Shown piece by piece: positions 45,444 through 47,010 of a stretch of 47,010 nucleotides of DNA (positions are counted from its first letter, which is position 1; each line of letters starts with the position of its first letter). The notes under the pieces are model-generated. The model did not search any database, was not told the DNA's origin, and saw only the letters and a program-made list of their open reading frames with translations. This DNA comes from an uncultured Bacteroidales bacterium (GTDB lineage: Bacteria > Bacteroidota > Bacteroidia > Bacteroidales > JACABE01). Position numbers and translations under genes: made by a program. The stretch is from assembly GCA_903899825.1 (NCBI GenBank), contig CAIUKU010000192.1:1-47010 (forward strand), in the 5' to 3' direction.

Positions 45444-46973
45444 ATGAAAAATATATTAAAATATAACAAATGGATGCTTCTCCTGATGGTTTTTACATTT
45501 GCCAGTTGTGAGAAAGATTTCATGGATGTAAACCATGATCCCAGCAGAGCTGCAGAATCAACTGTTCAGCTTACATTCCCTGCCGGCGTAGGTTCTTCTG
45601 CTTATGTTATCGGTGGTTATTATCAATTATTGGGTGGTTTTTGGTCACAACACTGGACACAAGCCATCGGTGCTCCCCAATGGAGAGAAATTGATTCATA
45701 CAATCTACAAACCAGTGATTTCGACGTCCGTCAATGGGGAGAATTGTATTCAGGTGCTTTGAATGACTATCAATATGTCAGAAACCTGGCAAAAAGCAAA
45801 CAAAACTGGAGTTATTATTTAATGGCAACAGCTATGCAGGCTTATACCTATCAGGTACTTGCTGATTTATATGATAAGATACCATATACAGAAGCATTGA
45901 AAGGTGCAGAAGGCAACCTAACCCCTAAATACGATGAAGGTTCTGTTGTGTATGATGGTCTGATTGCTATGTTAAATGAAGCATTGACACATGATTACAA
46001 GACTTTCCAGAGCAGCACAAATCCAACTGCTACTGCAGTAGAACCAGGCACTGACGATATTATTTTTGCCGGTGATATGGACAAATGGGAAAGATTTGTG
46101 AACACACTGAAATTAAAAATCTATTTACGCCAGTGCTATAAACGCCCTGCTGTTGCTTCAGCCGGAATACAAGCAATGTATACTGCAAATGCCAATTATT
46201 TGAATGATGATGCAATGATTTCAATTTTTGCCAATCAGCAGAACAAACGAAATCCTGCCTATGAAACTTTTATTGATCGTTTAGCAGGAAATGTTACCAT
46301 GAGCAATACTATTTTTTCTATTCTTGATAGTGCAGCTGATCCCCGTTTACCAAAACTGATTGCAAAAAATAAATTAGCAACACCCGCTTATAGATGTTTG
46401 GTACAGGGAGATTATTTCAATACTACATTTCCAACCGGAGCAAATATTGCCAATTTATCAACCCCTGTTTTAACCGGTGTTGACCCAGTTTACTTTTTCA
46501 GTAAAGCTGAAAGTAACTTCTTACAGGCTGAAGCCATTGAAAGATATGGTTTAGCAGGAAGTGCAAAAACAAAATATGAAGCTGGGATAGATGCTGCTTT
46601 TGCAAGATTAGGCGTTGGCGGTGCTGCAGCTTTATATGCAACAGGTGGAAAATACGAATATCCAGCTGCCGGTACTTTTGAAGACAAACTGGAGAAAATT
46701 ATTGTGCAAAAATGGATGGCTATGACCAATAATCAAGGCATAGAAGCATTCTTTGAACACAACCGTACACATTATCCAAAAGAAAATGCTAAAAAACCTG
46801 GTACAACCGGATATGTCCACGTTGAAGGTCAATTTACAATTTCTGTAAATAGTTCTACAGGTAATCTTTTCCCAAAAAGATTATTGTTCACAGAATCTGA
46901 ACGCAGAAGAAATCCTAATACACCGGCTTTAGAGTCAATTAACAAAAGAGTGTGGTGGGATGTAAAACCGTAA
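45444..46973 (+). CDS. SusD/RagB family nutrient-binding outer membrane lipoprotein
   Basis: 509 aa with a lipoprotein signal (TFASCEKDF). It lies immediately downstream of the SusC-like gene and has TPR-like helical composition typical of SusD-like proteins. Confidence 0.88.
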   Translation: MKNILKYNKWMLLLMVFTFASCEKDFMDVNHDPSRAAESTVQLTFPAGVGSSAYVIGGYYQLLGGFWSQHWTQAIGAPQWREIDSYNLQTSDFDVRQWGELYSGALNDYQYVRNLAKSKQNWSYYLMATAMQAYTYQVLADLYDKIPYTEALKGAEGNLTPKYDEGSVVYDGLIAMLNEALTHDYKTFQSSTNPTATAVEPGTDDIIFAGDMDKWERFVNTLKLKIYLRQCYKRPAVASAGIQAMYTANANYLNDDAMISIFANQQNKRNPAYETFIDRLAGNVTMSNTIFSILDSAADPRLPKLIAKNKLATPAYRCLVQGDYFNTTFPTGANIANLSTPVLTGVDPVYFFSKAESNFLQAEAIERYGLAGSAKTKYEAGIDAAFARLGVGGAAALYATGGKYEYPAAGTFEDKLEKIIVQKWMAMTNNQGIEAFFEHNRTHYPKENAKKPGTTGYVHVEGQFTISVNSSTGNLFPKRLLFTESERRRNPNTPALESINKRVWWDVKP

Positions 46974-47010
46974 TTATTAAATTTAAAAAAAATTGATAAT
47001 ATGAAAAAAA

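Overview
This is an AT-rich chromosomal segment from a Bacteroidota bacterium. The assignment rests on gldD/gldE, T9SS C-terminal sorting domains, a SusC/SusD pair, Na+-NQR and TAnnTTTG-type -7 boxes. Most of the window is housekeeping. It holds tRNA-Leu(UAA), a SAM methyltransferase, rbfA with a LolC/E-type permease, an MsbA-like ABC exporter, an M20 amidohydrolase, RNase G and HU. It also holds mutY, ssb-gldE-gldD, a GT-B glycosyltransferase divergent from dprA, and mrdA-rodA. The rest comprises a DEAD-box helicase with a repetitive R/S/D-rich tail, a complete nqrABCDEF operon, recG, three large T9SS cargo proteins, a TonB-dependent receptor and a SusC/SusD pair. A further + strand ORF appears to start at 47001 (ATG AAA AAA) but is cut off by the window end. 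I found no rRNA, CRISPR/cas, integrase, prophage or recognisable defence or toxin module, and no convincing novel multi-gene protein system. The unusual material is non-coding or mobile. (1) A Y1/HUH REP-associated (RAYT/IS200-like) transposase at 36.5-37.2 kb is bracketed by near-identical 33-37 nt palindromes and three copies of a longer direct repeat. (2) Two spacers between convergently transcribed genes (16.33-16.78 kb and 19.03-20.16 kb) are built from short repeated words. These include a 175-nt G-free tract and three exact 18-22 nt words placed in mRNA sense after the stops of both genes of the GT/dprA pair. They also include a family of small hairpins, a ~137-nt imperfect palindrome and seven perfectly phased 21-bp units with a conserved head and variable tail. 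(3) A 29-codon, highly basic ORF (bS22-like) sits between HU and a strong terminator and is missing from the ORF track. All functional readings of the non-coding features are hypotheses and need genome-wide repeat counts and transcript data.
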